This document shows, piece after piece, positions 26,501-39,007 of a DNA stretch of 64,000 nucleotides. This stretch comes from Hypanus sabinus (Eukaryota). Position 1 is the first letter of the stretch; each line of letters begins with the position of its first letter. A program made the translations under genes and the position numbers. The stretch spans positions 43,400,001-43,464,000 of the forward strand of contig NC_082717.1 of NCBI RefSeq assembly GCF_030144855.1, given 5' to 3'. The notes under the pieces are model-generated. The model did not search any database. It was not told the origin of the DNA and saw nothing but the letters and a program-made list of their open reading frames with translations.

Positions 26501-27849
26501 AGCTTGTTTTAGGCACCACATAGCAACCAAGTATTCAGAAACAGTGTGTGAGATGTGTGGGAACTCTTCTGATGAGAGGAATGTAAAATGCCTCAGTGTG
26601 AAATTTTTTAATATGAGTGGCTTTCCCACACCAGCTGCTCTAAAGATCTGGTGAAAGTTGGTCCAATGGCAAGGATATCCAAGATGATTGGAGACCAGAC
26701 TTGGCTGTGCAACACTCATAAAAGGCTGAAGGAACTCAGCAGGCCAGGCAGCATCTATGGAAATGTACCCTCAACATTTCAGGCCGAGACCCTTCGGCAG
26801 GACTGGCTGCACAGCCTCTTCTTCCTTTTCTCCCTCTCATGCACAGGTGAGTGCACACACACACACGAGCTATGTGCAGGTACTCTTCACCTACATATAA
26901 AGGCAAGGACATAAGAACATAAGAAATAGGAGCAGGAGGAGGCCATTTGGCCCATTGAGCCTGCCCTGCCATTCAAAAATTCATGGCTGATCTGTCTGTA
27001 AATTCAGCTCCATCTACCTGCCTTTTCCCCATACCCCTTAACTCCCCATATTTAGGGGAGTCCCCTTCCTCCCTCGGTCAGTATCCCAAAGACCTTCATG
27101 CTCCCTTACACTGCATGCTTAGGTATATGATCAGTGATTCTGTGACACCCATTTCACTCTCCGTTTCTAATCCCAATCCCCATTCTTCTTCCCTTGTCCT
27201 GTTCTCCCCTGCTTGTCTTCCTTCCCTGTACTTTTTCTCACTGCTGTTCTCAGTTTCTCCAGACTCAATCACTCTTTAACTTTCCTCCTTCTCTCCCCTC
27301 TGGATTTCAGGTAACTAGCCACATCCTAATGCCTATGATAAACCTGTCCCCGTATCCTTCACGGTTTAATCATGTTGTGGGTTTTTCCAGATCACCAGTT
27401 ATCCTGCCATTCTCCCCAGCAACGAAGTCACCTGAGGCTTGAAGCCCATTAGTGAAACTCTGCATAAGTTTTCCTCCACAATAGCCTCATTGGAACTTCA
27501 GCTGCCTGTTCACTGCTGCCAGAAGGTCCTGTCTGGCTTGTTGGCCTCTAATCCATAGAACTGACCAGTGGGTGAGGTCGGGAAGTTTGCTGGATTTTAT
27601 GTGTGGTCACTAGAAATGACTGCTGAGGGCATTCTGAAAAGGAAAAATCAGCATTTAAAGCTGCCTTGATATCATTGCTGCTCATTTACAGCTGACGTCA
27701 AGCCCGAGCTCATTTCTGGAGACCATTTAACCTTTAACTATGTGTGGGAAAGACTAAAGATACAGATGCAGTTAAAATGTATAGCTGTGGAAAACATGTA
27801 TTAATTTGATCAGTGCAACAATTGCAGCATTGATCACTCTGATCACTGG

Positions 27850-28127
27850 CTGCTCATTCTCTGTAAACTCTCGAGACTGTTGTGAATGAAAATCTCAGTA
27901 TATCAGCAGTTACTGGGATATTCAAACCACCCCGTCTGGCAGCAACAATCATCACACAGTCAAAATCGCAAAGATTACATTTCTTCCCCATTCTTATGTT
28001 TGGTGTGAACAACTGAACCTCTTGACCATGTCTGCAGAATTTGCTGCATTAAAGTTGCTGCCATATGAATAGCTGATGTGCATTACTGCACAGGTGTATG
28101 GGTGTAACTAATAAAGTGGCCACTGTG
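27850..28127. mobile_element. Tc1/mariner-type non-autonomous element, one end
   Basis: Ends GTGTAACTAATAAAGTGGCCACTGTG followed by TA, a TIR type common in fish Tc1-like elements; other TIR not seen. Confidence 0.55.
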
Positions 28128-28261
28128 TACATCGCTAATGATCAATCTAATCTCCAGCGAGAGAAACTGAAATATATTTAATAACCCTTAAATAGAGAGC
28201 CAGTCAGCTTTCTCAATCAAAAATTGATCTTAAACTGTAAGATTTTGCAAACATTTATTCA

Positions 28262-28945
28262 AGTCATAGAAAATTTCAGCACAGAAAAAAGGCTCTTCAG
28301 CCTGTCTAGTCCATGCTAACTCATTTAAACTGCTTCACCCTGACAACTTGCATCTGGACCATAGCCTATACAACAACTATCTATATACCTATCCAAACTT
28401 CTCTAAAATGTTGAAATCAAGCTTGCATGCACCATTTGCCCTGGCAACACATTCCACACTTTCATGACTCTCTGAGTGAAGAAATCTTGCCTCATGCTCT
28501 CTTTAAACATATCACCTGTCACCCTTAACCCACGACTTCTAGTTGTAGAGACACCCAGCCTCTGTGGAAAAAGCTTGCTTGCATTTATCCATCTGTACCG
28601 CTCATAATTTTATATGCCTCTGTCAAATCTCCCCTCAATCTTCTATGTTCCAAGGAATAAAGTCCTAACCTATTCAATCTTTCCTAATAACTCAGGTCCT
28701 CTAGTCCTGGCAACATCCTTATGATGTTTCTCTGTATTCTTTCTACCTTATTTACATCTTTCCTGTAGGTAGGTGACCAAAATTACACACAATACCCCAA
28801 ATTCAGTAACACCAATGTCTTATGCAACTTCAGCATAACTCTTGTACTCAATACTTGGATTTATTAAGTCCAATGTGTTAAGAACTGACTCTATCTACCT
28901 GTGCCACAATTTTCAATGAATTATGGACTGGTATTAACAGGTCCA
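28262..28945 (-). mobile_element. CR1 LINE 3' fragment
   Basis: GTCATAGAAA tail followed by reverse-strand ORF2 C-terminal sequence; similar subfamily to 59525-60430. Confidence 0.8.
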
Positions 28946-29104
28946 AGAGCAAAACCAGCACATTTTGCCCATCTCAGTTGCTCTTGCTAAGAGAGTGGTA
29001 AATTGTCTTTCTGAACTTCTGCAATTGATCTGATAAGTAGAGTATTAAGTAGAGTAGAGTATTCCATTATACTGACCAAAAGATACTGAAGTAATAGCAA
29101 TCTA

Positions 29105-29890
29105 CCGTGAATTCCAGTTAATTAGGACACATCAGGACCACTACTTTTTGGCGCAGTTAAACAGCTTCCCAAGTTATCCGAAGTTTCATGGAAATGGTTA
29201 AAAAGGTATAAAACAGACAAACTAAATTTTAACTAAGTAACAAATTATGTATTAGAATAAAATACAGGAACACTACTAATACTACAGAAGTATTAAAAAA
29301 ACGTGTATTAGTTCCTCATAGTCAACGACAGAGAGATACATAGTGTACTCTGCTGTACTTCTTTTTTGACAATGAATAAAATCAGTACAGATAATAGACT
29401 GAATTCATACAAGTTTTTCAACAATTGTATCCTCCAAATCTTCATTTTCATTGTAACATTTAAGATAATTTTCAATACCTTAAATTTCTTTGTAGTTCCT
29501 AATCTGCTGAAATAGTGATATCATTTCATTTTCACTCCCAGCCATTCCTGGCATCTCCAAGCCTGACTGCTTGAAAACCCAGTGAGCAAAACAGTTCTGA
29601 ATGGTCTTACTGCTTATTTTTTGCCAACTAGCAGTGACAAAGATCACTGCTTTTTGAACACAAACACACACAACTGATGCTATTTAAACACTACTCGTTC
29701 TAAGCATGGTGTAGTGTCTAACGGCCATAGAATGCATGCAAACATCATTAGTTAGAACCTGTCTTTCAATGACCCAAATAAGTGGCATATTGTCCCAAAT
29801 AAATGGTTTCTCAGTTTTTTTTTCTTTAAGAGTTGTCCCAAATAAGCAGCTGCCCTGTTAACCGATGGACCAATTAACCAGAATTCACTG
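29105..29890 (-). mobile_element. Tigger/pogo-type non-autonomous DNA transposon
   Basis: TA flanks; TIRs CCGTGAATTCCAGTTAATT / AATTAACCAGAATTCACTG; ORF 29480-29671 retains the transposase C-terminal motif (SWQKISSKTIQNCFAHWVF). Confidence 0.88.
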
Positions 29891-30666
29891 TATTTCTATA
29901 CCTAGATACCAAGTAAATTTGAATGCAGATTTTAAGTATTGATCATCTTGTAAACCTTCTGTCTTTGTCCTTGCCAACAGAGATCATGAGTTGAAGAAGA
30001 GCTATGAAACATAGCTTGGCAAGTTGCTGCAGAGCATCCTGGGAAGAGCACACACTGCACACATCTTGGAGAAAATGACTGCCAATCTAAATTCTCCTGA
30101 TGATGTTTGAATGTTTCTGTAAATGTGCCCACCTGGATGGTTTTCCATCATATAAATAACATGACTGGTAACTGATGACAGATTGGAAAGACGGAACAGA
30201 AAACCGCATAGAATACTTTATCTCTGAGTATCTCTAATATATATGCCAGTAATGTGGCTTGACCAATTGAATTTCCATTAAATAGTAATCATATTGTGTT
30301 GATGTGTAGAATTAGTGATGATAAGGTCATTAATGCCAAGAGATTTTGGTTAGACTTCCACTTCATGAAATGTTTGCCAAGGTTTTATGTAGCAGAGGTG
30401 TTAGTTTCACTAACCAGTGAAGTCCTCAGTGTTGTTCATGTCTTGCTCTGTGCCAGTATGGACTTCCTCATTATCTGAGAGGACTGCAAACAGAATTAAA
30501 CATGGTGCAATCATCAATGAACACCCAATTAAATGACTTTAATTGCTGAATCAATGAATCTAACCTGAACCCTTCCAGATCATTTTTTTTATAAGTAGAA
30601 ATAAATTCTTGTAACTATTGTATCTGGCATATTAAGATTTTTGTTATTAAAATTATTAATTACTAA

Positions 30667-30972
30667 ACAAACCTCCACAGCCTCGGGATAGAGGGGCTCC
30701 CTTTCAAAACAGAGGTGCAGAGAAATTTCTTTAGCCAAAGGGTGGTAAATTTGTGGAATTTGTTGCCACATGCAGCTGTGGAGGCCAGGTTGTTGGGTGT
30801 ATTTAAGAGTTTGATAGGTTCTTGATTGGACACGGCATCACAGGTTATGGGAGAAGGCAAGGAACTGGGGTTGAGGAGGAGAAGAAAAAAGGATCAGCCA
30901 TGATTGGGCGGAGCAGACTCAATGGGCCAGGTGGCCTAATTCTGCTCCTATGTCTTATGGTCTTATGATCTA
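30667..30972 (+). mobile_element. CR1 LINE 3' end
   Basis: RNFFSQRVVNLWNLLP..VEA; (TCTTATGG) tail. Confidence 0.88.
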
Positions 30973-33407
30973 AGTCAGTGATGCTCCCACTGACATTGCA
31001 TTCAAATGTTTAAAAATAATAAACTTCTATATTATCAAAGCTAACTAAACAGCAGAGGTAAACCTAAGGATCATGCATATGGATTTAGCAAGCAGAAAAA
31101 TGATAACATATAATTTAGCATTAATGCATTCAAAAATAATAGTTTGCATCTAACTTAGAGCAATTTTTTTTTCAAAAAAACAATTGTTGATCTCACAAGT
31201 CCTTTGAGGAACTTGGTTGATTGTTTTTTGAGCTGGGTCCATACTGAATGGTATGGGTCAGCACATGCTGCACAGTTACTAAACTATCTTCAGCAGGTTG
31301 TCGCACCATACCCTTTGAACTTACCTGCGGCAGTGGTTCCCTTTAAGGGTTTTTTCTTCACCTCCAGGTTCAGCATCTGCTGATGTGGATTGAACATATG
31401 GAGAGGATGTGTCCTCTGCTTGGTAGCTTAAGGGACCTTAACCTCAGACCAACTGAAATCTGAAAGATCAACCATGTGAATCTACATTGAAAGACATGCA
31501 GAAAAGTACACAAGTGACAGTGTTACCCTTGCTCTTCATAAATGTGGAAGACCCTGAATGCACAAATGATTTGTAAAGGTCTTTCCACCTGGCAATGGAG
31601 TTCTGTGCTTCTTTGGGAAATTAGGTTATAATTTTATTCAGGCTGCTTCTGATGACTTGTGCTATTTATGTATAAATGTTACTTTCCATGTTACTTTATG
31701 AAATGCTGTTAGAAATAATTAAAATGATTCAATGTCAAAATATAATTAATAATAAAAATAATTATTTTAAGAGAAAAACATAGTATATGCATTTAATCAA
31801 ATAATGTTGTGACCCCCTTAATATCCTTAAATGTTTATATGGTCCAACAGGAAATTTAACCAAAAGTATTACGGAGAGTTTGCAGAGAGAAAAAAGAAAT
31901 TAAAGATCTGTTCTTATCAAACACAATTAATGGGGTGAATTCAGAAAACATTAGATGAAAGGTTGCTTAAGAGTGTCTTGGGTCTGTCTCAGCATGCTTC
32001 AAAATTGAAGAGAATCACAGTTGAAATATAGCAGCACACACAAAATGCAGGGGGAACTCAGCAGGTCTGGCAGCATCTATGGAAAAGAATAAACAGTCAT
32101 CGCGTCAAGCCAAGACCCTCCTTCAGGACTGAGAAGGAAGGGGGAAGATGCCGGAATAAAAAGGTTTGGGAGAGGGAAAATAGGCAGACTGGAGGGTGAT
32201 AGGTAGAGCCTGGTGGGTAGAAAGATAAAGGACTGGAGAAGAAAGAATCTGATAGGAGAAGAGAGGGGACCTTAGGAGAAAGGGAAGGAGGAGGGGACAC
32301 AGAGAGCAGTAATAGTTGAGAAGAACTAAAAGGTCATCATGGGGAACAGAGGAAGGTGAGGGGTGGTGGAATGTGTTCATCAGAAGGAAAAATCGATGCT
32401 CATGCCATCAGGCTACCCACACAGAATATAAGATGTTGCTCCTCTACCCTTAGGCTGGCCTCATCTTGGCACAAGAGGAGGCCATGGATTGGCAGGTGGG
32501 GACAGGAAGGGGAATTGGAATTAAAATGTTTGGTCACCAGGAAGTCCCAGTTGTGGTGGATGGTGCAGTGGTGCTCAACAAACTAGTCCCACCATTTATG
32601 ATAGGTCTCACCAATGTAGAGCGGGCCGTATCGAGAGCACCAGACACAATAGACAACACCAGCAGGTTTGCAGGTGAAGTGTTGTCTCACCTGGAAGGAC
32701 AGTTTGCGGCCCTAGATGGAAGTGAGAGAGGAGGTATATGGGCAGATGTAGCACATGGGCCGTTTGCATGGTTAAGTGCTTGGAGGGAGGTTAGTGCGGA
32801 GGAACAAATTGGCAAGGAAATTGCAGATGGAGCGATCCCTGCAGAAAGTGGAGAAGGGGGTAAAGTAATGTTAAGTGGTAGGATCCCATTGGAGATGGGA
32901 GAAGTTGTGCAGGATGATGTGTTGGATGCAGAAGCTGATGGGGAGGTAGGTAAGCACAAGGGGGGGTCTCTATCACTATTTAGGCAGCAGGAAGGTGGCA
33001 GGTGTGTGGATATATGGGAAATGCAGGAATGCAGGTGAGGGCAGCATCAATAGAAAAAGGAGGGAAATCTCATTTTTTAAAGAAGGAAAATAGCTCAGAT
33101 GACCTGGAATGGGAAGCCATATCCTGGGAACAGTTGTGGCAGAGGCAAAGCAACTGAGAAAGGGAATAGCATTTTTACAGGAGTTAGGGTGGGAAGAGAG
33201 AAATTTGAGATAACCGTGAGAATCAGTAGGTTCATAAAAGATGTCAGCAAACAGTTTGTTCCCAGAGATGGAGACAGAGAGAATGAGAAAGGGGAAGGGA
33301 GGTGTCAGAGATGGACCAAGTGAATTTAAGGGCAGGGTAGAAGTTAGAGGCAAAGTTAATAAAATTGATGAGCTCAACATGGGTGCATGAAGCAATGCTA
33401 ATGCTGT

Positions 33408-34541
33408 CATAGAAATATAGAATCATAGAAATCTACAGCACATTCCAGGCCCTTTGGCCCACAATGTTGTGCCGACCATGTAACCCACTCTAGAAACTGC
33501 TTAGAATTACCCTACTGCCTAGCCCTCTATTTTTTTTAAGCTCCATCTACCTGTCTAAGAGTCTCCGAAAAGACTTTATTGAATCCACCTCTACCACTGT
33601 TACTGGCAGAGCATTTCATGTACCCAGCACTCTCTATGTAAAAAACTTACCTCTGACATCCCCTCTGTACCTCCTTCCTAGCACCTTAAAACTATGCCCC
33701 CTCGTGTTAGCTATTTCAGCCCTGGGAAAAAGCCTCCGACTATCTACATGATCAATATCTCTCATCATCTTATACACCCCTATCAGGTCACCTCTCATCC
33801 TCCGTCATTCCAAGGAGAAAAGACCAAATTCACTCAACCTTTTCTCATAAGGCATGCTCTCCAAACCAGACAACATCCTTGTAAATTTCCTCCACGCTTT
33901 CTCTATAGTATCCACATCTTTCCAGAACTGAACACAGTACTCGAAGTGGGGTCGAACTAAGGTCTTACATAGCTTTAACATTACCTCACGGCTCTTGAAC
34001 TCAGTCCACGGTTGATGACTGCCATTACAGCATATGCCTTCTTAACAATACTGTCAAACTGTGCAGTAGCTTTGAGTGCCCTATCGACATGAACTCCAAG
34101 ACCTTGCCGATCCTCCACACTGCCAAGAGTCTTACAATTAATATTATATCATTTCTTCAAATCTGACCTACTTAAACGAACCACTTCACACTTACATGGG
34201 TTGAACTCTGTCACTTCACAGCCCAGCCCTCATCCTATCGATGTCCCGTTTTAACCTCTGACAGCCCTCCAGACTATCCACAACACCCACATCTTTTGTG
34301 TCATCAGTAAACTTACTAACCCACCCTTCTACTTCCTCATCCATGTCACTTATAAATATCACAAAAGGGAGGAGTCCCAGAACAGATCCCTGCAGAACAT
34401 CACTGGTCACTGTCCTCCATGCAGAATATAAACCATTCACAACCACCCATTGCCTTCTGTGGGCAAGCCAATTCTGGATCTACAAAGCAAGTTTTCCTTG
34501 GATCCTATGCCTCATTACTTTCTGAATGAGCCTTGCATAAG
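33408..34541 (-). mobile_element. CR1 LINE nested in the PLE
   Basis: ORF 34216-34446 (QGSVLG..F.IFI.D.DE..EGWVSKFTDDTK); CATAGAAA tail at 33408; same family as 11042-12391. Confidence 0.93.
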
Positions 34542-34935
34542 CAGGTAGAATCTCAGGTGGTGACGAGAGGGCGTACAGGAGTGAGATATGCCAACTAGTG
34601 GAGTGGTGCTGCAGCAACAACCTGACACTCAATGTCAGTAGGTTGAAGGAGCTGATTGTGGACTTCAGGAAGGATGAGGTAACACATACCAACCCTCATA
34701 GAGGGATCAGAAATGGAGAGAGTGAGCAGTTTCAAGTTCTTGGGTGTCAAGATCTCTGAGGATCTAACCTGGTCCCAACATATCGATGTAATTATAAAGG
34801 CAAGACAGTGGCTATATTTTATTAGGAGTTTGAAGAGATTTGGTATGTCAACAAATACACTCAAAAACTTCTACAGATGTACCGTGCAGATCAGCCTGAC
34901 AGGCTGTGTTACTGTCTGGTATGGGGGAGGGGTAC
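34542..34935 (+). mobile_element. Rex/Babar-type LINE internal fragment
   Basis: WC..NNL.LNV..KELIVDFRK; ORF 34713 (ERVSSFKFLGVKISEDLTWS.HID..KARQ.LYF). Confidence 0.9.
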
Positions 34936-37900
34936 TTCCCCTCTGCCCTCTTCCTCTTCTTTCCCCTTGGAGGAAGTGGGAGGAACTGAGTGACCAGTTC
35001 TGCCAGACCGAGGAAGGAGAGGGATTGGTTGGTTCTTTTGTCAAGGAATAAGCGGAGAACTTTGAAGCCTTCTTCATGGAAGATAGAAGTGTATAGGGAC
35101 TGAACATCCGTGGTGAAGATGACATGAACAAGGCCAGAGAATTAAAAGTTATTAAAGAGATCGAGGGTATGAGAAGTGGTGCAGGTATAGTTGGGAAGGA
35201 ATTGAATCAACGGGATAAAATGGAATTGAGATATGAGGACATAAGTTCAGTGGGGCAGGAGCAAGCAGAGACAATAGGCCTACCTGGACAGTCCAGGTTT
35301 TTGGATCTTGGGTAGGAGGTAGAAGCAAGCAGTGCTGGTTAAGGGAACTATGTTTGCTGGCAATGGTTGCGAGTTTTCCAGTGTGGATGAGGTCAGTGAT
35401 GGTGTCAGAGACAGTTTTCTGATGGTGTGGAGTGGGATCCTCCTCGAGGTGTAGGTATGAGGAGGTGTCTGAGAGTTGCTGCTCTCAGAATTAAGGCAGA
35501 GGTCAGTTCACCACACTACGACAGCATGCTCTTTGTCTGCGGTTTTGATTGTAAAGTTGGGCTTGGTGTGCAGAGTGTGTTCCAAGGGGATAAGTTTGGA
35601 GGAGGAGGGAGGAGTACTGAAGTCGAGATGGTTACTGATGGATGAGTACTGAAGTCTTGTCAGCAATTTGAGATTAAAAGATCCAGAGCAGGCAGAGAAC
35701 CAGAGAGTGATGTCTAGGAAGAGGAGAAGGGTTGAACTATAAGTGTGTTTATTAGTGACAGGACAAATTATTAATGCTTATCTCCTCCGTAATGATTGTT
35801 CTATGCTGAAGAGAAATCTGAATAGTGACTTTGAACTTCCAGGTCTTTGACTCTGTAGTTACTTTGTTCCTTTCTGAAATTCAGATTCTGGTTTCCAGTA
35901 GATTCAGTAAGACCTAGATACCATTGTCAACATGGCCCAGAGTGGATGTAGCTACAAGAAGGATTTAAGAAGTGTTACATTTGTGGAAGCTGCTTTTCAG
36001 CCATGGCATGAAGCAAAGCAATAGAACGGGCTGATCCATTTCTTATTGATGCACCTCTGATTCATTGGCACAGATGTGGCATAAGAGAGGTAAGTCCAGG
36101 AATTTTAATTAATTATTTAAAGATACAACATGAAATAAGCCCTTTTGGTCCTTTGAGTCGCACTGCCCCACAACCCCAACAGTCTCAATTTAACCCTAAC
36201 CTAATCACGGGACAATTTATAATGACCGATTAATGCACCCAGTATGGCTTTGGACGATGGGAGGAAACTGGAAACCCGGAGAAAGCCCATGCATTCCACG
36301 GGGAGGATGTACAGATTACATACAGATGACACAGGAATTGAGCTCTGAATTCCAACTCCCTGAGCTAACTGCTACACTACCTTGGCGCCCATTCTTGTAG
36401 TACTCGCTGTGGAAAAGTCTGATCTTCAGCATGTGTCTTAACAAATAAAGAATCTGGATCCTTAGTCTTGTTGCTGGCTGTGCATCCAGCATGATTGGCA
36501 TTGTGTTATTGCCATGTGAAAAGGCCATCACCTTGTTGCTTGATGCCTCATAAAATGGAATCTCACAGGTTACTAAACACTTATAAGTATTCAAGGGCAT
36601 CCCTGCACAGGCATAAACACAATGGAACAACTTGGACTTTGGATAGAGATTTTCAATAACTGCTGTAGACAAATGACTATTTCAGTTCCTCTAAAATTTA
36701 CTATACCATGGGCATACAATGTCCTGCTTCAAAAATTGAATGTGTAGGCAGAGATGTTCTGATTTTTTGAAGAAGCCAAGGGAAGCCTCTTTAATATACC
36801 ATTAAATTTCTTACAAAGCCACTGAACTAATGTCCATAATGCATTTTATTAGAGCTGAAATGTTTTGTCTGTTAAAAGGGACCATAATCTTTGTATAAAT
36901 GTTAATATAATGCAGATTTAGCCTGTTAAGTAGTTTTTTTTATTGGAATGGAGAGCCCCTAGCAAAAAGTAAGCCATCAATTGAAGTGCCTAATGAATGG
37001 AAGTATTTGTAAATCAAGATGGGGAAGAATTTACACTTGATAATTTGTTTTGTTTTACTTCAGGTTTCTTTTTTTAATGTCAGCAGTCACTGAATGTGGT
37101 GCTCAGTCATGAACAGCTCCCATGAGATCAGAAACGGGGGGAAATGTTGGAGTTATTGATAAACAGGAATATTCTGTGTACACTGACAAAAGAACATAGG
37201 TTGACCAGCTATATATAATCAGTGAGTATATATGCACATTTGATTCAATAGCAGATGTTTCTGGAGTCCACCAGTAGTTGATATAAAAGTAAATGGCATC
37301 AATTTTTCCTGAGTTCAGCTCATTTCCCAGCATGTGAATTTGTTGGTTTCAACAAGACATATCTTCAAAGACGTCTGAGATTCTAGTTCCATCACTTGGA
37401 GTGAAAGCTGACAGGAAGAAGAAGAGGCAGAAAGCAGTGCGACACTCACGTTGTCATGCATGGCTGAAGTGCAGCCATCACCAGCAATTAAACATTGAGA
37501 GCTACAGATATCTTTAGACAGGTTCATGTTTCCTGGCACTGCTGTGATTAGATTTTGCATTGGTTCCCTGTGGTCAATAACTGCTTCTTTTTATTCATTC
37601 ATTTTTCTTTCCCCATAAAGTCTTTGAACTGTTACAGAGAATAGTTGGTGAGGTTAACAACAACTGGTCGATAGTCAGTAGAATGCACACAATAGGTTTT
37701 GTAAGCAGCAGTAGGCTTAAAAGCTGTTTTTTTATTGTGATATTCACTTTTGCTTTTATACCACGTGTGGTATTCTCCCTTGGATCATGTGGTCATTTCA
37801 TGGATCTAAGTACTTAAATCAAGGTTATGCAAACAGGAGACGTGGGTCAAAAGCACTTAATATATAAGAATAATCCTGATACTCACTGGTAGGAGGCATT

Positions 37901-38019
37901 AATCAGGAACTAATTGGCACATAAGTATGATATTGATAATTGCAATATGAATCCTGATGCTTTAAAATATAACTACAAAATGCACATCATTACAAGAAAT
38001 TCAAATTTGAACAGAAATT

Positions 38020-38166
38020 AAAGAGCAAACACGAGGAAGTCTGCAGATGCTGGAAATTCAAACAACAACACACACAAAATGCTGGTAGAACACAGCAGGC
38101 TAGGCAGCATCTATAGGGAGAAGCGTTGTCGACGTTTCGGGCCGAGACCCTTTGTCAGGACAGAAA
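38020..38166 (-). mobile_element. ~145-bp PLE terminal unit flanked by direct repeats
   Basis: pLTR unit between TTGAACAGAAATT at 38007-38019 and 38167-38179. Confidence 0.75.
38127..38162 (-). ncRNA. Minimal type I hammerhead ribozyme motif (best-preserved copy)
   Basis: Minus strand UGUC-CUGACAA-A-GGGU(CUCG)GCCC-GAAACGUC-GACA; stems I and II intact, palindromic ACGU stem III, one core change versus CUGANGA consistent with CpG decay. Confidence 0.65.
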
Positions 38167-38201
38167 TTGAACAGAAATTGTTTTTTCACACAAATTTGAT
38201 A

Positions 38202-39007
38202 CAGTGGATTCTAGTTAATTAGGCCATTGATTAATTGGGGCAGACACTTATTTGAGGGAGCCCTTAAAGAACAAAAGTAACTAAAAAAAATTGCTGGGAT
38301 TCCCCTAATTTACTTGGGACACTATGCTACTTTTAATTGGGGCAGGAGACAATTGCCAAATAGTTTCTAACTAGTGTCAGTCATGTGGATGTTAGACACT
38401 TTTCCATGCTTTGAGCAAACAGTTTTGAAATAGCTTAAGTTGCATGTGCTTGCATTCAAAAAGCACTGATTTTTGTCACCAATAGTTGTGAGGAATAAGA
38501 AGTAAGATAATTCAGAACTCTTTTGCTCACCATGGTTTCAAGCATTCAGGCTTGGAGATGTCAGAAATGGCTGAGAATGAAAATGAAACAATTTCACTAC
38601 TTCAACAAGTTAGGGACTATGAAGAATTTGAAGGTATCAACAATCTTGAATGTTACAATGAAAGTTAAGATTTGGAGGATGTAATCGTCGATGACATTGT
38701 ACGACAGCAGTCCACTATCTGCTCTAGATGAATGCAATGATTTTATATCATTTACATTCAATCTAAAGAATGTGCCTGTGTACTCTGGATGAATTCCTCT
38801 GTCGATAATTATTATGAACTAATATACAGTTTTATAGTGCTGTAGTAGTAATGGTAGTGTTCTAATTTGTTCTGTATTTTATTTAAATACTTACTTTGTT
38901 GCTCAGCTAAGTTGGAGCTTGTCTTTTTCATACCTTTTTATCTATTTCCATAAAACTTCAGGTAATTGGGCCAAAATGTACTGGCCTCAATTAACAGGAA
39001 TATAATG
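38202..39007 (+). mobile_element. Tigger/pogo-type non-autonomous DNA transposon (second copy, inverted)
   Basis: TA-CAGTGGATTCTAGTTAATT start; internal sequence is the reverse complement of 29105-29890; degenerate right TIR. Confidence 0.88.

Larger units (their letters stand above)
32030..35740 (-). mobile_element. Long PLE (RT + GIY-YIG), interrupted by CR1 and Rex inserts
   Basis: LYIGET at about 32603-32619; RT motifs (D.I.IASCTH.EL..FINFASNF.PALKFTW; IFYEPTDSHGYL); MFSPYT-region RT sequence resumes at about 34935; pLTR at 32030-32135. Confidence 0.9.
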
